Both the position numbers and the translations under genes were made by a program. Positions 16,666-25,482 of a stretch of DNA of 53,734 nt are shown in pieces. Each line of letters begins with the position of its first letter. The stretch's first letter is position 1. This DNA comes from a virus. Its lineage: Duplodnaviria; Caudoviricetes. Location: IMG/VR virus record IMGVR_UViG_3300003691_000007, positions 1 through 53,734 of that record; one strand, written 5' to 3'. The notes beneath the pieces were generated by a model. It searched no databases, had not been told where the DNA came from, and saw nothing but the letters and a program-made list of their open reading frames with translations.

Positions 16666-17111
16666 GAGAACCCAAGTATAAGGTTTACCTGGCGATCAAT
16701 CTCTTCCTGGGATGACCCGATCATTATATCACGCAATATCACATTGATTGACCTGGAATAGAATTTATCAAACTCAAGATCACACATTGAGCCAAAAGAT
16801 ATTGATCTTGGAGTGTATAGCGTCTTAGTAACTGGCTGCTCGTTTCTAAAGTACTCCATCACCGTAGTATCAAAATGGCCTAACCGCATTTTTATATGAA
16901 GTAATAAGCTGGTCTTGGTTTCGTATTTATCACTATTCGCATTAACCACGCCAAGCATTACAAAGTACTTTTGATGAAACTTTAAATTCCTTGGCTTTGT
17001 TACTGCCATCTTATAAAGCTCACCATGCTTTAACTTTTTAGCAAGCTCTTGGTCCTCTTCAGTAACAGGGCAAAACATTCCCCCGATCTTCTTCATGTAT
17101 ATTATAGCCAT
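16662..17111 (-). CDS. DUF1367 (NinB/Orf-like) protein
   Basis: PRNLKFHQKYF and PRSISFGSM...F..FY motifs; start moved to ATG 17111 (GAGGTG SD). Confidence 0.8.
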   Translation of the reverse strand: MAIIYMKKIGGMFCPVTEEDQELAKKLKHGELYKMAVTKPRNLKFHQKYFVMLGVVNANSDKYETKTSLLLHIKMRLGHFDTTVMEYFRNEQPVTKTLYTPRSISFGSMCDLEFDKFYSRSINVILRDIMIGSSQEEIDRQVNLILGFS

Positions 17112-17132
17112 AAACACCTCGCGTTAAAATTT

Positions 17133-17207
17133 TGGTGCTTGTGTGAAACGGACTGCACCTCGCCCCCTGACAGTTAGCGCCCCGGAACCCCAGGACGAAA
17201 GCCACAC
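17133..17207 (-). other. GC-rich intergenic element, possibly structured RNA or tRNA-like remnant
   Basis: Sizeable gap in a tightly coupled operon; self-complementary segments; ends ACCA; no canonical cloverleaf. Confidence 0.3.
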
Positions 17208-17213
17208 TTCTAA

Positions 17214-17687
17214 CTAATCTACCTCTCCAACAAACCTACATATTTCTGACACTTTCTCTTTGTCCGTCATATCTGAGTTGATAGCTTCAAGTATGACCCC
17301 AAAATCAAGCGGCTTATCTATATGTTCCGGCAATTCAGGCTCAACAATCGTATATCCTGATATTCCCTTAGCGTTCCAATCAGGGTATCCGATAGGGCTA
17401 GACAAGTAAGCAACATCATCACCTTCAGCCCACCTTATTATCTTATCCTTCATCGGGTGAGGTTTAAGTTCTTTCACGATATCAAAATAAATCGATCCAA
17501 GTTGTATGAAGTGATAATCATCGCCAACCTCGATAATGTAGTCAAAATTATCTTCTACCTTATAGGCTCGGTACACAACACCAGCTTTTAACACGGAGCG
17601 TTTAAGATCATTACTATCAATGTCATTTTTAAGAGTGATATACACCACCTTCCCCTCCAAAAATGATACTTTGCTCTTTTGTTTCAT
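17214..17687 (-). CDS. Hypothetical protein
   Basis: 157 aa; ATGA-coupled in the leftward small-gene array. Confidence 0.7.
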   Translation of the reverse strand: MKQKSKVSFLEGKVVYITLKNDIDSNDLKRSVLKAGVVYRAYKVEDNFDYIIEVGDDYHFIQLGSIYFDIVKELKPHPMKDKIIRWAEGDDVAYLSSPIGYPDWNAKGISGYTIVEPELPEHIDKPLDFGVILEAINSDMTDKEKVSEICRFVGEVD

Positions 17688-17950
17688 TCTTGTGCCTCAC
17701 TTTCCGCGCTATCTGATAGACAAGCTGTTTTGACGCCAATACATTGATGTATAATTCGCACACAATCAGGGCAGTTTATAGCCTCTACATCAACTACTTT
17801 AAATGACCCAGCAGTAAGTGGATCACTATCCAGTGTTACACCGCAAATAGTGTAATCATTGAATTTGCCATCAAGGTGGTACAGACCGCTTACTGTAATA
17901 GACCCATCGTAACAATCCTCTCCGTCACCATTAAATTCTACTGCTTTCAT
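17684..17950 (-). CDS. Hypothetical Zn-finger-like protein
   Basis: Start moved to 17950 (TGATG overlap); H...TICG...NCPDC pattern. Confidence 0.65.
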   Translation of the reverse strand: MKAVEFNGDGEDCYDGSITVSGLYHLDGKFNDYTICGVTLDSDPLTAGSFKVVDVEAINCPDCVRIIHQCIGVKTACLSDSAESEAQE

Positions 17951-18186
17951 CACCCACGCTCCCAAACATGACCAGCAGCGACACAAGCTTTCTCAACGCT
18001 CGCATAAGTAGCAGGGCCGACAATGAACTCAATGCATTGTTTAATCCGATTGCCGGACCTTATAATGCGCACCCCTGTTTTTTCGTTATCTGCTATCAAT
18101 GAGTATTCTTGCGTGTACTCGCCATTTTCTGAGTCAGTAAACATCACGGCTTGCTGCTCTAATACTGTTTCGCTTGTTATTATCAC
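17950..18186 (-). CDS. Hypothetical protein
   Basis: 78 aa; fits operon tiling. Confidence 0.6.
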   Translation of the reverse strand: MIITSETVLEQQAVMFTDSENGEYTQEYSLIADNEKTGVRIIRSGNRIKQCIEFIVGPATYASVEKACVAAGHVWERG

Positions 18187-18193
18187 AATCTAT

Positions 18194-18433
18194 CTACCTA
18201 TAAAGACCATTAGAAATACGGATGCCATCAATTATATCTGAGCGCATGTCATGGCCACCGCCTAGATAAATGCTGGTATAGTCTGGTGCTCTAAGGGAAG
18301 CCCCGTAACCGCCATTCTCAACAGTAATAACAATTTCATATCCTTCCGGCAAATGTTTTGCGGCAAGTTCAATACACGCATCAACAGTATCAGGAATTAT
18401 TGATATATCTTTTTCAACGTCTGCTTTACTCAT
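18194..18433 (-). CDS. Hypothetical protein
   Basis: 79 aa; LPEGYEI.I.VE.GG pattern; ATGA-coupled. Confidence 0.65.
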   Translation of the reverse strand: MSKADVEKDISIIPDTVDACIELAAKHLPEGYEIVITVENGGYGASLRAPDYTSIYLGGGHDMRSDIIDGIRISNGLYR

Positions 18434-18627
18434 GATCTATTTACCCCTAATTTAATACGCTTACTAAGAATATGCGCTATAACCGAAAATGACGGATAAT
18501 CATTAAGTATTTCTTTCTTAATTTCTTCCTGAAGACTTTTCGTAAACCTCTCGCCCTTCACGTTTCCTGACGCAATAGCTTTAGCCTTGCGCTGCTCAAA
18601 AGTTCCACGTTGCTTTGCTTGTCCCAT
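18430..18627 (-). CDS. Hypothetical basic protein
   Basis: 65 aa; MGQAKQRGTFEQRK N-terminus, a pattern common in phage small ORFs. Confidence 0.7.
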   Translation of the reverse strand: MGQAKQRGTFEQRKAKAIASGNVKGERFTKSLQEEIKKEILNDYPSFSVIAHILSKRIKLGVNRS

Positions 18628-18628
18628 T

Positions 18629-18874
18629 TTATTTGACCCTTTTTCCTATCATTATTCTAAATGGTAAAAACACAATAGATATTGATCTTGTCAAAACCCC
18701 ATCAGAGTATTCTCTAGTTTCAAAAGACAAATCAAGTAAGCAAGTCTTTCTGAAGTGACAATGTTCTGTAATATCCTCTTTACTCCACAAGAGTGTTTTA
18801 GCGAAATTTAAGCCAACCCTATACCCAAGAAATTCAAAGTGCAGTCCCTTCATTGATTTAGTTAGTGGCTTCAT
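18629..18874 (-). CDS. Hypothetical protein
   Basis: Start moved to ATG 18874 (GGAGG SD). Confidence 0.55.
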   Translation of the reverse strand: MKPLTKSMKGLHFEFLGYRVGLNFAKTLLWSKEDITEHCHFRKTCLLDLSFETREYSDGVLTRSISIVFLPFRIMIGKRVK

Positions 18875-19073
18875 CTTGTCCCTCCAGCGCCTCAATCCTT
18901 CTTCCAAGATCAATAATTTCTTTGTCTCTTTTTTCTAATTCCATTTCTATTTCTAAACTCAACTCTTTTGAGAATTTATCCATCACTTCTTTTTTTAATT
19001 TTGGTTCGCCTCCTCCAGTAAAAATAACAATCACAAACACAATCATAAACAGCCAAAATCCAAACCCTTCCAT
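18858..19073 (-). CDS. Small membrane protein
   Basis: 71 aa; N-terminal TM plus coiled coil. Confidence 0.65.
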   Translation of the reverse strand: MEGFGFWLFMIVFVIVIFTGGGEPKLKKEVMDKFSKELSLEIEMELEKRDKEIIDLGRRIEALEGQDEATN

Positions 19074-19089
19074 ATTATTTACCCCTTAA

Positions 19090-19455
19090 TTATATAACTG
19101 ATATTGCCGTCATATCCTTTACGACCACTTTCCTGCCGCCACCAATGGGATACTTCCCGTTACCTAGTATCTTTATTTGCTCAACGGTGCTTTCGGATAG
19201 GATTTTATTTTTAATTTCATCCATATCTAAATCCATAGTCCTTTCTAAATACCTCAAGATAGCGTGTTCCGTTACTATCGGATCAACAACTTTCAATTCA
19301 TCGATACTTTTACAAACAGCACAATACTCAGCCGACTTATTGCTATAAGCCCTTTGCGCTGATTTTATATCTTCTAACATTAAGCCCAGGCTTACCTCAA
19401 GTTTCGCTTTCCTGCTTTGCAGCCCCTTGAGTTCCTGCGTTTTCTTAATTGTCAT
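19090..19455 (-). CDS. Conserved phage hypothetical protein
   Basis: 121 aa; coiled coil followed by VTEHAILRYLER. Confidence 0.7.
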   Translation of the reverse strand: MTIKKTQELKGLQSRKAKLEVSLGLMLEDIKSAQRAYSNKSAEYCAVCKSIDELKVVDPIVTEHAILRYLERTMDLDMDEIKNKILSESTVEQIKILGNGKYPIGGGRKVVVKDMTAISVI

Positions 19456-19765
19456 GGATTTCTTCTTCTGGCCCAGGTAAAAAACTGGTTTCGTTCATCT
19501 GTTCGTCAGTAAGTTTCTGATGAACCTTTATGTTTTCATCGATAGACAATGCTTTAGACATTACAGTAATTGTATCTATTAAATCTCGTCTATCCCAATG
19601 ACTAAGATCATCGACAACATCATTTTTCCAACAATGGGTAAATCTATCGCCCTTAACAACCCTATCTTCTGGCTTATTAAAGCCAACACATATAAACGAA
19701 GTCCCGCAGTTAGAAACTATTGAATCTAACGGGGTGCAGTTTGTTTTATTTCTTGAACATTTCAT
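19445..19765 (-). CDS. Hypothetical Cys-rich protein
   Basis: 106 aa; AGGAG SD. Confidence 0.65.
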   Translation of the reverse strand: MKCSRNKTNCTPLDSIVSNCGTSFICVGFNKPEDRVVKGDRFTHCWKNDVVDDLSHWDRRDLIDTITVMSKALSIDENIKVHQKLTDEQMNETSFLPGPEEEIHDN

Positions 19766-19778
19766 CTATTTACTCCTA

Positions 19779-19967
19779 TCAAAACAGTTGCATATCATGT
19801 GCGTAAGCTAAATTCTCTAATTCATCAGTTTTAGCTCTGAAATCCTTATAAACATAATTATAAAATTTACCCTCAGCTTCTCTTTTAGTATTCTCGGCTT
19901 TCATGCCTTCAATTTCCGCTTGTACGGAATATATCAAGGCTAATCTTTTTACGTCATTTGATTCCAT
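19779..19967 (-). CDS. Hypothetical protein
   Basis: 62 aa; AEIEGMKAEN..R motif. Confidence 0.65.
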   Translation of the reverse strand: MESNDVKRLALIYSVQAEIEGMKAENTKREAEGKFYNYVYKDFRAKTDELENLAYAHDMQLF

Positions 19968-20307
19968 TGCCTGACCTCAATATATTAATTTCTTCTTCCG
20001 TCATGCCAGCATCAATCGCTTTTTTCTTTGTCTTCTCCAAAAGAATGTTCTTTTTCTCATTAATCAAATCATCTGTGCTTGGCTTCACAATGCACCCAGG
20101 GACAAGCCATTTTAATTCTCCTTCCAACTTTATTGCTGTTAATTCTTCTATCAAGCAATCTGAACCTTGCACACCTTTTTTTCTACCCAATCTTTTTGCC
20201 GTTGATATTTTTTCAGTGACATACATAACGTATGATGCCCCACGACCTTCCGTGTTATCTCTGTTTCCAACAACACAGAAAACTTTTTTAACTTCTGATA
20301 TAGCCAT
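19954..20307 (-). CDS. Conserved phage hypothetical protein
   Basis: 117 aa; N.DxTEGRG and GVQGSD motifs. Confidence 0.7.
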   Translation of the reverse strand: MAISEVKKVFCVVGNRDNTEGRGASYVMYVTEKISTAKRLGRKKGVQGSDCLIEELTAIKLEGELKWLVPGCIVKPSTDDLINEKKNILLEKTKKKAIDAGMTEEEINILRSGNGIK

Positions 20308-20310
20308 AAT

Positions 20311-20526
20311 CTATTTACTCCAGTTTTTATATCTCATACAGATATGATCCCTGATTCTTTGATCCTCAATTCTACCTATAGGACAATCATCACAATAATG
20401 CATGGCGGCACAATCTACCTCTGTTACAATCAGGTTACACGCCACTTCAAGAGCCTCATTTCTTGCCTGTAGCCTTGTTATTGGGGTTAGTGCGTCAAGT
20501 TCTGCCCTACTCAATAAATATTTCAT
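20311..20526 (-). CDS. Hypothetical Cys-rich protein
   Basis: 71 aa; YCDDCP...C...WSK. Confidence 0.65.
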   Translation of the reverse strand: MKYLLSRAELDALTPITRLQARNEALEVACNLIVTEVDCAAMHYCDDCPIGRIEDQRIRDHICMRYKNWSK

Positions 20527-20545
20527 GATTATTTACCCCACGCCC

Positions 20546-20737
20546 TCATTCATCATCGCTATTAAATACTGTCAATATAGGCATAAAGGCCACCACCGCT
20601 GATAGTATCGATAATTCTAAATCCAATGATCTTTGATGTTTTGATATAAAAACAGCAAGATATATAAACGCTGAAGCCCATAAAGCACCAAAAATCAACG
20701 CTATCGCCCTATTTAATACTTTTTCTGCTTTCTTCAT
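20546..20737 (-). CDS. Small 2-TM membrane protein
   Basis: 63 aa; two hydrophobic segments. Confidence 0.6.
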   Translation of the reverse strand: MKKAEKVLNRAIALIFGALWASAFIYLAVFISKHQRSLDLELSILSAVVAFMPILTVFNSDDE

Positions 20738-20740
20738 AAT

Positions 20741-20965
20741 CTATTCTTCCTTCCCGTAAAGGATTTCTGTAGGACAATTTATAGCTTCAAAAACATTTTC
20801 TCCGTCTTTGGTGAATCCAGTAAACATTGGAGTGTATGAATCTTCAAATTCTAAGGAATTATCTACAATCCGATCTAGTAAAAGCCCTCCATTGTAGACA
20901 CAGCCAACATGATAAGAATTAGAGCCTTGAAGGTTCACAATCGTTAAACTTTTAATCTTGCTCAT
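20741..20965 (-). CDS. Hypothetical protein
   Basis: 74 aa; GGAG SD. Confidence 0.65.
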   Translation of the reverse strand: MSKIKSLTIVNLQGSNSYHVGCVYNGGLLLDRIVDNSLEFEDSYTPMFTGFTKDGENVFEAINCPTEILYGKEE

Positions 20966-21218
20966 TTTTAATCTCCGTCTTAGGTGGTAGTCTTACGCAA
21001 TTTCTTAAAAATATTAAATCGTTGCCACAATCAATAATTGTCTGCTCGACAACCCTTCTTAGCTTTTCCTCAATTCTATCAATATTTACCATAATGTTTG
21101 GTATTTCATCCCTATTTTCACAAAGCCTAAGTTCAACACTTCTTATCGTATCTGTCTTTAAAATGTCAAACTTTCTCAAAAGCCTTGTTATTTCATCGGG
21201 TTTATTAATATTTCCCAT
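20952..21218 (-). CDS. Hypothetical protein
   Basis: 88 aa; overlapping tiling. Confidence 0.6.
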   Translation of the reverse strand: MGNINKPDEITRLLRKFDILKTDTIRSVELRLCENRDEIPNIMVNIDRIEEKLRRVVEQTIIDCGNDLIFLRNCVRLPPKTEIKNEQD

Positions 21219-21426
21219 TTGCTAATTCCCTAATAAAAGAATGGTCTATTTTAGTGTATCCAGCATTCGTGCTAAGAATTACATTCACTTCTGACGTTTC
21301 ATTTACTGAAAACTCTAAATCTAAATTATGATTGCAATTAAAATAGCAAAGATAAACCTCAAAACTGGCTTCATGCTTTTCTAGCACGTCTGCCAGGTCC
21401 TTTAAAAAATCTTTTTCTTTACTCAT
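21205..21426 (-). CDS. Hypothetical protein
   Basis: 73 aa; ATGA-coupled. Confidence 0.65.
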   Translation of the reverse strand: MSKEKDFLKDLADVLEKHEASFEVYLCYFNCNHNLDLEFSVNETSEVNVILSTNAGYTKIDHSFIRELANGKY

Positions 21427-21920
21427 GCTTTTGCTTTCTCAGACAACAGCTTTTCCAGTGAAGATATTGTTTTATTATTCCTGACGGCTATTTGCACAAG
21501 TTTGTTGGCCTTATTATCAAGGTCCCTTTTCATTTGCGCTATAAGATTTTCCATGTGCTTTTCAATGTTTGCTAGAAGTGGGTCCTTCGTGCAAGAGCCG
21601 TTTATATTCAGCTTTCCTTCATAAAGTCTGCTTAGGCGAGTTTCAGCCATATCAAGTATGGATTCGTATTCTTCGGTTTTTTGCCATCCAATAGGTATGG
21701 TGATAGGTTTTTCAAGCACTGTGTTGATTAAGTACTCGACTTTAGCCGAGATAATTTTCTCAGCCGATTTTATAACAAACTTTTCTAAACGCTCCTGGAC
21801 TTTTGGCTCAATCCTACTCACAAGCTCTGCCACTAATTCACGCGCTATTGCACTATCAACGCCTTCATCGTGTCTTGCGCCAAAATCGCCTAAATCTATC
21901 GTTGCTTTAATTTTCATCAT
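21423..21920 (-). CDS. Hypothetical helical protein
   Basis: 165 aa; AGGGGT SD. Confidence 0.7.
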   Translation of the reverse strand: MMKIKATIDLGDFGARHDEGVDSAIARELVAELVSRIEPKVQERLEKFVIKSAEKIISAKVEYLINTVLEKPITIPIGWQKTEEYESILDMAETRLSRLYEGKLNINGSCTKDPLLANIEKHMENLIAQMKRDLDNKANKLVQIAVRNNKTISSLEKLLSEKAKA

Positions 21921-21950
21921 GATTTGCTACCCCTATGGTTTAATTTAACT

Positions 21951-22163
21951 TCACTCATAATCAACATCGGTTCCACCCCTTACCCCTTTTACTGACTCTT
22001 GCCTTTTCTCAATCGATTCATTGTAAATAAGACACATAACCATTGCCGGCTCCCTTGGGCTTTTTATCCATTCACCATTTATTAGCGCGTATGCAAAACC
22101 ATGTGCGCCAATCTTATGTTTAATCCCGTTTATTAACACTGTTTCTTCTTGATAAACTGGCAT
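21951..22163 (-). CDS. Hypothetical protein, paralog of 22847-23131
   Basis: 70 aa; KIGAHGFAYALINGEWIKS. Confidence 0.7.
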   Translation of the reverse strand: MPVYQEETVLINGIKHKIGAHGFAYALINGEWIKSPREPAMVMCLIYNESIEKRQESVKGVRGGTDVDYE

Positions 22164-22193
22164 GTTTACTTGGCCTTAATAGATTGTAAGGCG

Positions 22194-22202
22194 ATTATAT
22201 CA
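22194..22202 (-). promoter_or_regulatory. Internal extended -10 promoter
   Basis: Perfect TGnTATAAT (TGATATAAT) in a 47-bp gap; no clear -35. Confidence 0.55.
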
Positions 22203-22210
22203 CGCGCAAC

Positions 22211-22834
22211 TTAATCATCTTCAGCCACTTCGTAATTATCCCAACATGACGTAACAGCGGTTGTCCATGATGTTTTCCCATCCAAAAAACACCAGCACCG
22301 GCCTTTTTCATCAAAATGAGATAAATACCTGTTTTCTTTGTTGGTAGAATCATCAGCCCATACAATCATCCTTGTATTTTCCGGCAAATCAGGTGTAGGC
22401 TCTTCGGCCTCAGTAAGCCATTCAGGTCTGCATGTCCAAAAGAAACCTTCTAATGACATATTATTAGTATCAGGGTTTATGCCTGAGATTTTTTGTATAG
22501 TTCCGTCCAACCGGTTCATCTGGTCATTCCAAATAATGAGATTGTCATTATTTACAGGCTTAGAAATTAGCACCCAATCACCTACCTGCAATCTGCAAGG
22601 AACCTCTCTGTCTTCAATTACTATTGGCTCGCGACCATGATAAAGGTCTGGAATTTTGTCAGAAACAAATTTTTTCCCTTCACGGGTATACGGAATCCTC
22701 ACCTCTTTGTTATGTACGTCCTTAAATTCAAACAACACAACCGAAGTGTAATTACCCATTATTTCACTATCAACCACAACACCTGGCCCGTGTGCAATTG
22801 AATGTACCGGATCATCTTTTCTGAAGTCGCTCAT
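22211..22834 (-). CDS. Hypothetical protein with tandem small beta-barrel (SH3/KOW-like) modules
   Basis: 207 aa; FRKDDPVH...HGPGVV, LQVGDWVLI and C-terminal GKTSWT...WD segments. Confidence 0.65.
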   Translation of the reverse strand: MSDFRKDDPVHSIAHGPGVVVDSEIMGNYTSVVLFEFKDVHNKEVRIPYTREGKKFVSDKIPDLYHGREPIVIEDREVPCRLQVGDWVLISKPVNNDNLIIWNDQMNRLDGTIQKISGINPDTNNMSLEGFFWTCRPEWLTEAEEPTPDLPENTRMIVWADDSTNKENRYLSHFDEKGRCWCFLDGKTSWTTAVTSCWDNYEVAEDD

Positions 22835-22846
22835 TTCAAACCCCTA

Positions 22847-23131
22847 TTAGTAAACATATCTTAAAGTTTTTTTATTCCATGCTCGTCTGTAATGCTCCCT
22901 GCATAACCCGTACTTGCTTTTGTGAGTTTCCATGCAACCCTCTTCAATGCACTGTTTACGTCCACTCTCTGATGTTTTTGTGAACCCTGAAGCAGCCACT
23001 TCAACCTCGTCACGGGTCTTTGTTGATCTAATCCACTCACCATTCACAAAAGCATAAACAAAGCCGTGAGCGCCAATTTTGCACAACACACCGCACACAA
23101 TAGCCTTTATTTCTTCTTTCTTTGATAACAT
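22847..23131 (-). CDS. Hypothetical protein with C-terminal C3H Zn finger; paralog of 21951-22163
   Basis: Start moved to 23131 (AGGGGT SD); KIGAHGFVYAFVNGEWIRS plus CIEEGC...GLCREHY. Confidence 0.7.
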   Translation of the reverse strand: MLSKKEEIKAIVCGVLCKIGAHGFVYAFVNGEWIRSTKTRDEVEVAASGFTKTSESGRKQCIEEGCMETHKSKYGLCREHYRRAWNKKTLRYVY

Positions 23132-23141
23132 AAATACCCCT

Positions 23142-23579
23142 TTAATCTTCAGCACCGGCCCATGCCCGACCATATTTAATATCACTAATCAATCCTTCGC
23201 TTACGCCAAATCTTTCTGCAAGAGCTTTTCTTCCACCCCACTTGATATTTTTTAATGCTTTCTTTATCTGAAGTACGTCAGACAAGGTAAGTTTTGCCCC
23301 CTTACCCCTTCTGCAATTTTCAGCTTGCGTCACTATATCCAAGTGATTTGGGTTCACGCATCTTGTGTTGCTGCATTTATGATCGATAACACGGTTATTA
23401 GGTATTTGACCAAACATTTGCTCATACATCCATCTGTGCGCTAATACAGTCTTTTTATTTACCGTCTTTTTCCCATAGCCTGTTTTTTTATTAACGCTAC
23501 CAATCCAATTCCAGCACTGGTTTAAATCTTCTGGAAAATCCACCATCTTTTTAATTGTTTGTCCTGCTGCTGGCATCAC
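23142..23579 (-). CDS. HNH endonuclease with C-terminal HTH
   Basis: CWNWIG...GYG...AHR...DHKCSNTRCVNPNHL...N; ALAERFGVS...ISDI HTH. Confidence 0.9.
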   Translation of the reverse strand: MMPAAGQTIKKMVDFPEDLNQCWNWIGSVNKKTGYGKKTVNKKTVLAHRWMYEQMFGQIPNNRVIDHKCSNTRCVNPNHLDIVTQAENCRRGKGAKLTLSDVLQIKKALKNIKWGGRKALAERFGVSEGLISDIKYGRAWAGAED

Positions 23580-23585
23580 TTCCTC

Positions 23586-24155
23586 CTAGAACGGGATGTC
23601 GTCAGAAAACTCTTCATCACTCATTGGCCCCTGATTCCCCGGCAAACTCGCCTGACCTGGGTCTGATGTGTACTGATTCGGGTCGTTATGCTGGTGCTGC
23701 GGTCTTTGTTGCTGCCTTCCCTGCTGTGGCCGCTGTTGCTGTCCTTGCTGTCTGCCTTGCTGGTATTGACCTTGATGGCCATTGCTGCCGCCTCTTTGCT
23801 GATTTTCTTGTGAAGCATTAGGATCACCGAGCATATTCATTTCACGGCCAACAATTTCAGTTGTGTATTTCTCAATCCCGTTGTTATCAGTCCACTTTCG
23901 AGTTTGCAGCCTACCTTCCAGGTAAATTTTACTGCCTTTTTTCAGGTATTCAGCCGCAACTTCAGCAAGTCTCGCCCACAACACTACACGATGCCATTCA
24001 GTAAATTCTTCATACTGGCCGGTATCTTTGTTCTTCTTCGAGTCAGCCGTGGCAACGGTTAGTGTTGCTACTGCTTGACCGCTGGCTGTATATCGAACTT
24101 CAGGGTCTTTACCGAGGTTCCCCAGTAAGATTACTTTATTTACTCCACGCGCCAT
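23586..24155 (-). CDS. ssb: Single-stranded DNA-binding protein
   Basis: [39 protein letters not shown]-rich linker, DDIPF tip. Confidence 0.97.
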   Translation of the reverse strand: MARGVNKVILLGNLGKDPEVRYTASGQAVATLTVATADSKKNKDTGQYEEFTEWHRVVLWARLAEVAAEYLKKGSKIYLEGRLQTRKWTDNNGIEKYTTEIVGREMNMLGDPNASQENQQRGGSNGHQGQYQQGRQQGQQQRPQQGRQQQRPQHQHNDPNQYTSDPGQASLPGNQGPMSDEEFSDDIPF

Positions 24156-24156
24156 G

Positions 24157-24459
24157 TTATTGCTCCGATGTTTTAATTAAGTCGTTTTCACCAATCCAAT
24201 GATCGCTTGTACCGAACATTTTAATCGCTTTCTTCATCATTTTGTAATGAGATCGAAAGCAAGCAGGGCTTAACTTTGTAGGCATACCGCGCCTCACTTT
24301 CACAAAGCCCTCACCTTTGATAAAAACCCCATCAATCGTTGTTCTGTCAGGTACAGGCTCGAAAACAGGTGGCGAGACAGCCGCATAATCAACTTTCTTT
24401 TGACCGACACTCGCAGCCTCCGCAGCCCTTCTTAAAAACTTTGCTTTTTTACCATTCAC
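24157..24459 (-). CDS. Hypothetical basic protein
   Basis: 100 aa; MNGKKAKxLR start. Confidence 0.7.
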   Translation of the reverse strand: MNGKKAKFLRRAAEAASVGQKKVDYAAVSPPVFEPVPDRTTIDGVFIKGEGFVKVRRGMPTKLSPACFRSHYKMMKKAIKMFGTSDHWIGENDLIKTSEQ

Positions 24460-24749
24460 GACATTCCCCTCAGTCTTATATCTGATTTTTCACTGGCGCT
24501 GGTGAGTGCGCTAATCACATTCACAGAGCCACTGTTGAAAGTACCAACGTACAAAATATCACCACGCTCAATCCGAGATTCCGTTGTAACCGTACCACGG
24601 GGAACACAATCTAACTTTCCGATTGTAGATATCCTCCGGTGTTGTGGAGACACGAAAAAAGGGCCGTCACACATAAAAACCGCAAGCTCCTCTGATCCTC
24701 CCGCGCTATTTATTCTTTTCAAAACATTATCAACCGTTGCTATTGTCAT
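24456..24749 (-). CDS. Hypothetical protein
   Basis: 97 aa; AGGCGG SD; TGTTATATT extended -10-like element upstream (24778-24786). Confidence 0.65.
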   Translation of the reverse strand: MTIATVDNVLKRINSAGGSEELAVFMCDGPFFVSPQHRRISTIGKLDCVPRGTVTTESRIERGDILYVGTFNSGSVNVISALTSASEKSDIRLRGMS

Positions 24750-24831
24750 TTTTCACCGCCTTTTTATTTATCATGCAAATATAACACTTTGACCGTAAAA
24801 CTCGTATAGCCACACATATGTATTCCAATTT

Positions 24832-25482
24832 TCATAGTTTTATGTTATCCATCAAGGCAAAAGCCTCACTTGCTGTCATTGGCTTGAGTTCGCCAAGGTC
24901 AGGATTGAATTTACTACGAGATATCGATTTAAACTCTTTCGGTTTTTCAAATAATTCATCATTTTGGATTCGTGAGACATAGCGCAAGTAAGCGGCCTCA
25001 AACTGCTTGAAGTACTGCTCTTTCTTCCCTTGCCTGATCTCAACCACTCCAACTTCGTGAGCTGCAAGATAAACAATATAAAACTTCCAATTGTAATTGG
25101 CCGCCATGCTGTACGCGCTGTCTGCACACGGCACACCGAGCGATGCGGGGTCAGGCTTGCACCAGCTTACAATTTTACCGATGGACGGCAAAAATGGGTT
25201 TTTATCAAGCCGAGACATTGATTTGCAGTTATCTATCTGCTCGATGGTGTTAACTCCAGCATCACTTAGCGCAATGATTAATTCTTTTTTCCACTCGTCA
25301 TGCTCCATCACTGACTTGAACGAGTTGCGCCAGGCCGGGTGAGTTGCCTTCAGCATCCTTGCCAGGCTGTTTACTATTTCCACGCTTTCTTTCTTCGCGC
25401 TCTGCAACGTCTCGCATGGCTTTGTCGTGCCAACTTGTGTCTGCATCCCAATCTTCGGTATTGTCTCGATTACTTTTTTCAT
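24832..25482 (-). CDS. Replication protein P-like helicase loader
   Basis: PAWR, WKKELIIAL...GV.T.EQI, PFLPSIGKIVSWC motifs of the lambda P family; follows the O-like gene. Confidence 0.85.
   Translation of the reverse strand: MKKVIETIPKIGMQTQVGTTKPCETLQSAKKESVEIVNSLARMLKATHPAWRNSFKSVMEHDEWKKELIIALSDAGVNTIEQIDNCKSMSRLDKNPFLPSIGKIVSWCKPDPASLGVPCADSAYSMAANYNWKFYIVYLAAHEVGVVEIRQGKKEQYFKQFEAAYLRYVSRIQNDELFEKPKEFKSISRSKFNPDLGELKPMTASEAFALMDNIKL

Noticed and set aside
17140-17205. Hammerhead ribozyme (CTGA...GAAA on the plus strand) or functional tRNA
   Set aside because: Core reads CTGACAG rather than CTGANGA; no D-arm, anticodon arm or TTC loop for a real tRNA.
23142-23579. HNH gene as part of an intron or intein
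   Set aside because: Free-standing between intact genes with no flanking intron-like sequence.
23690-23810. CAG/CAA-rich repeats in ssb
   Set aside because: Ordinary Q/G-rich disordered SSB linker.
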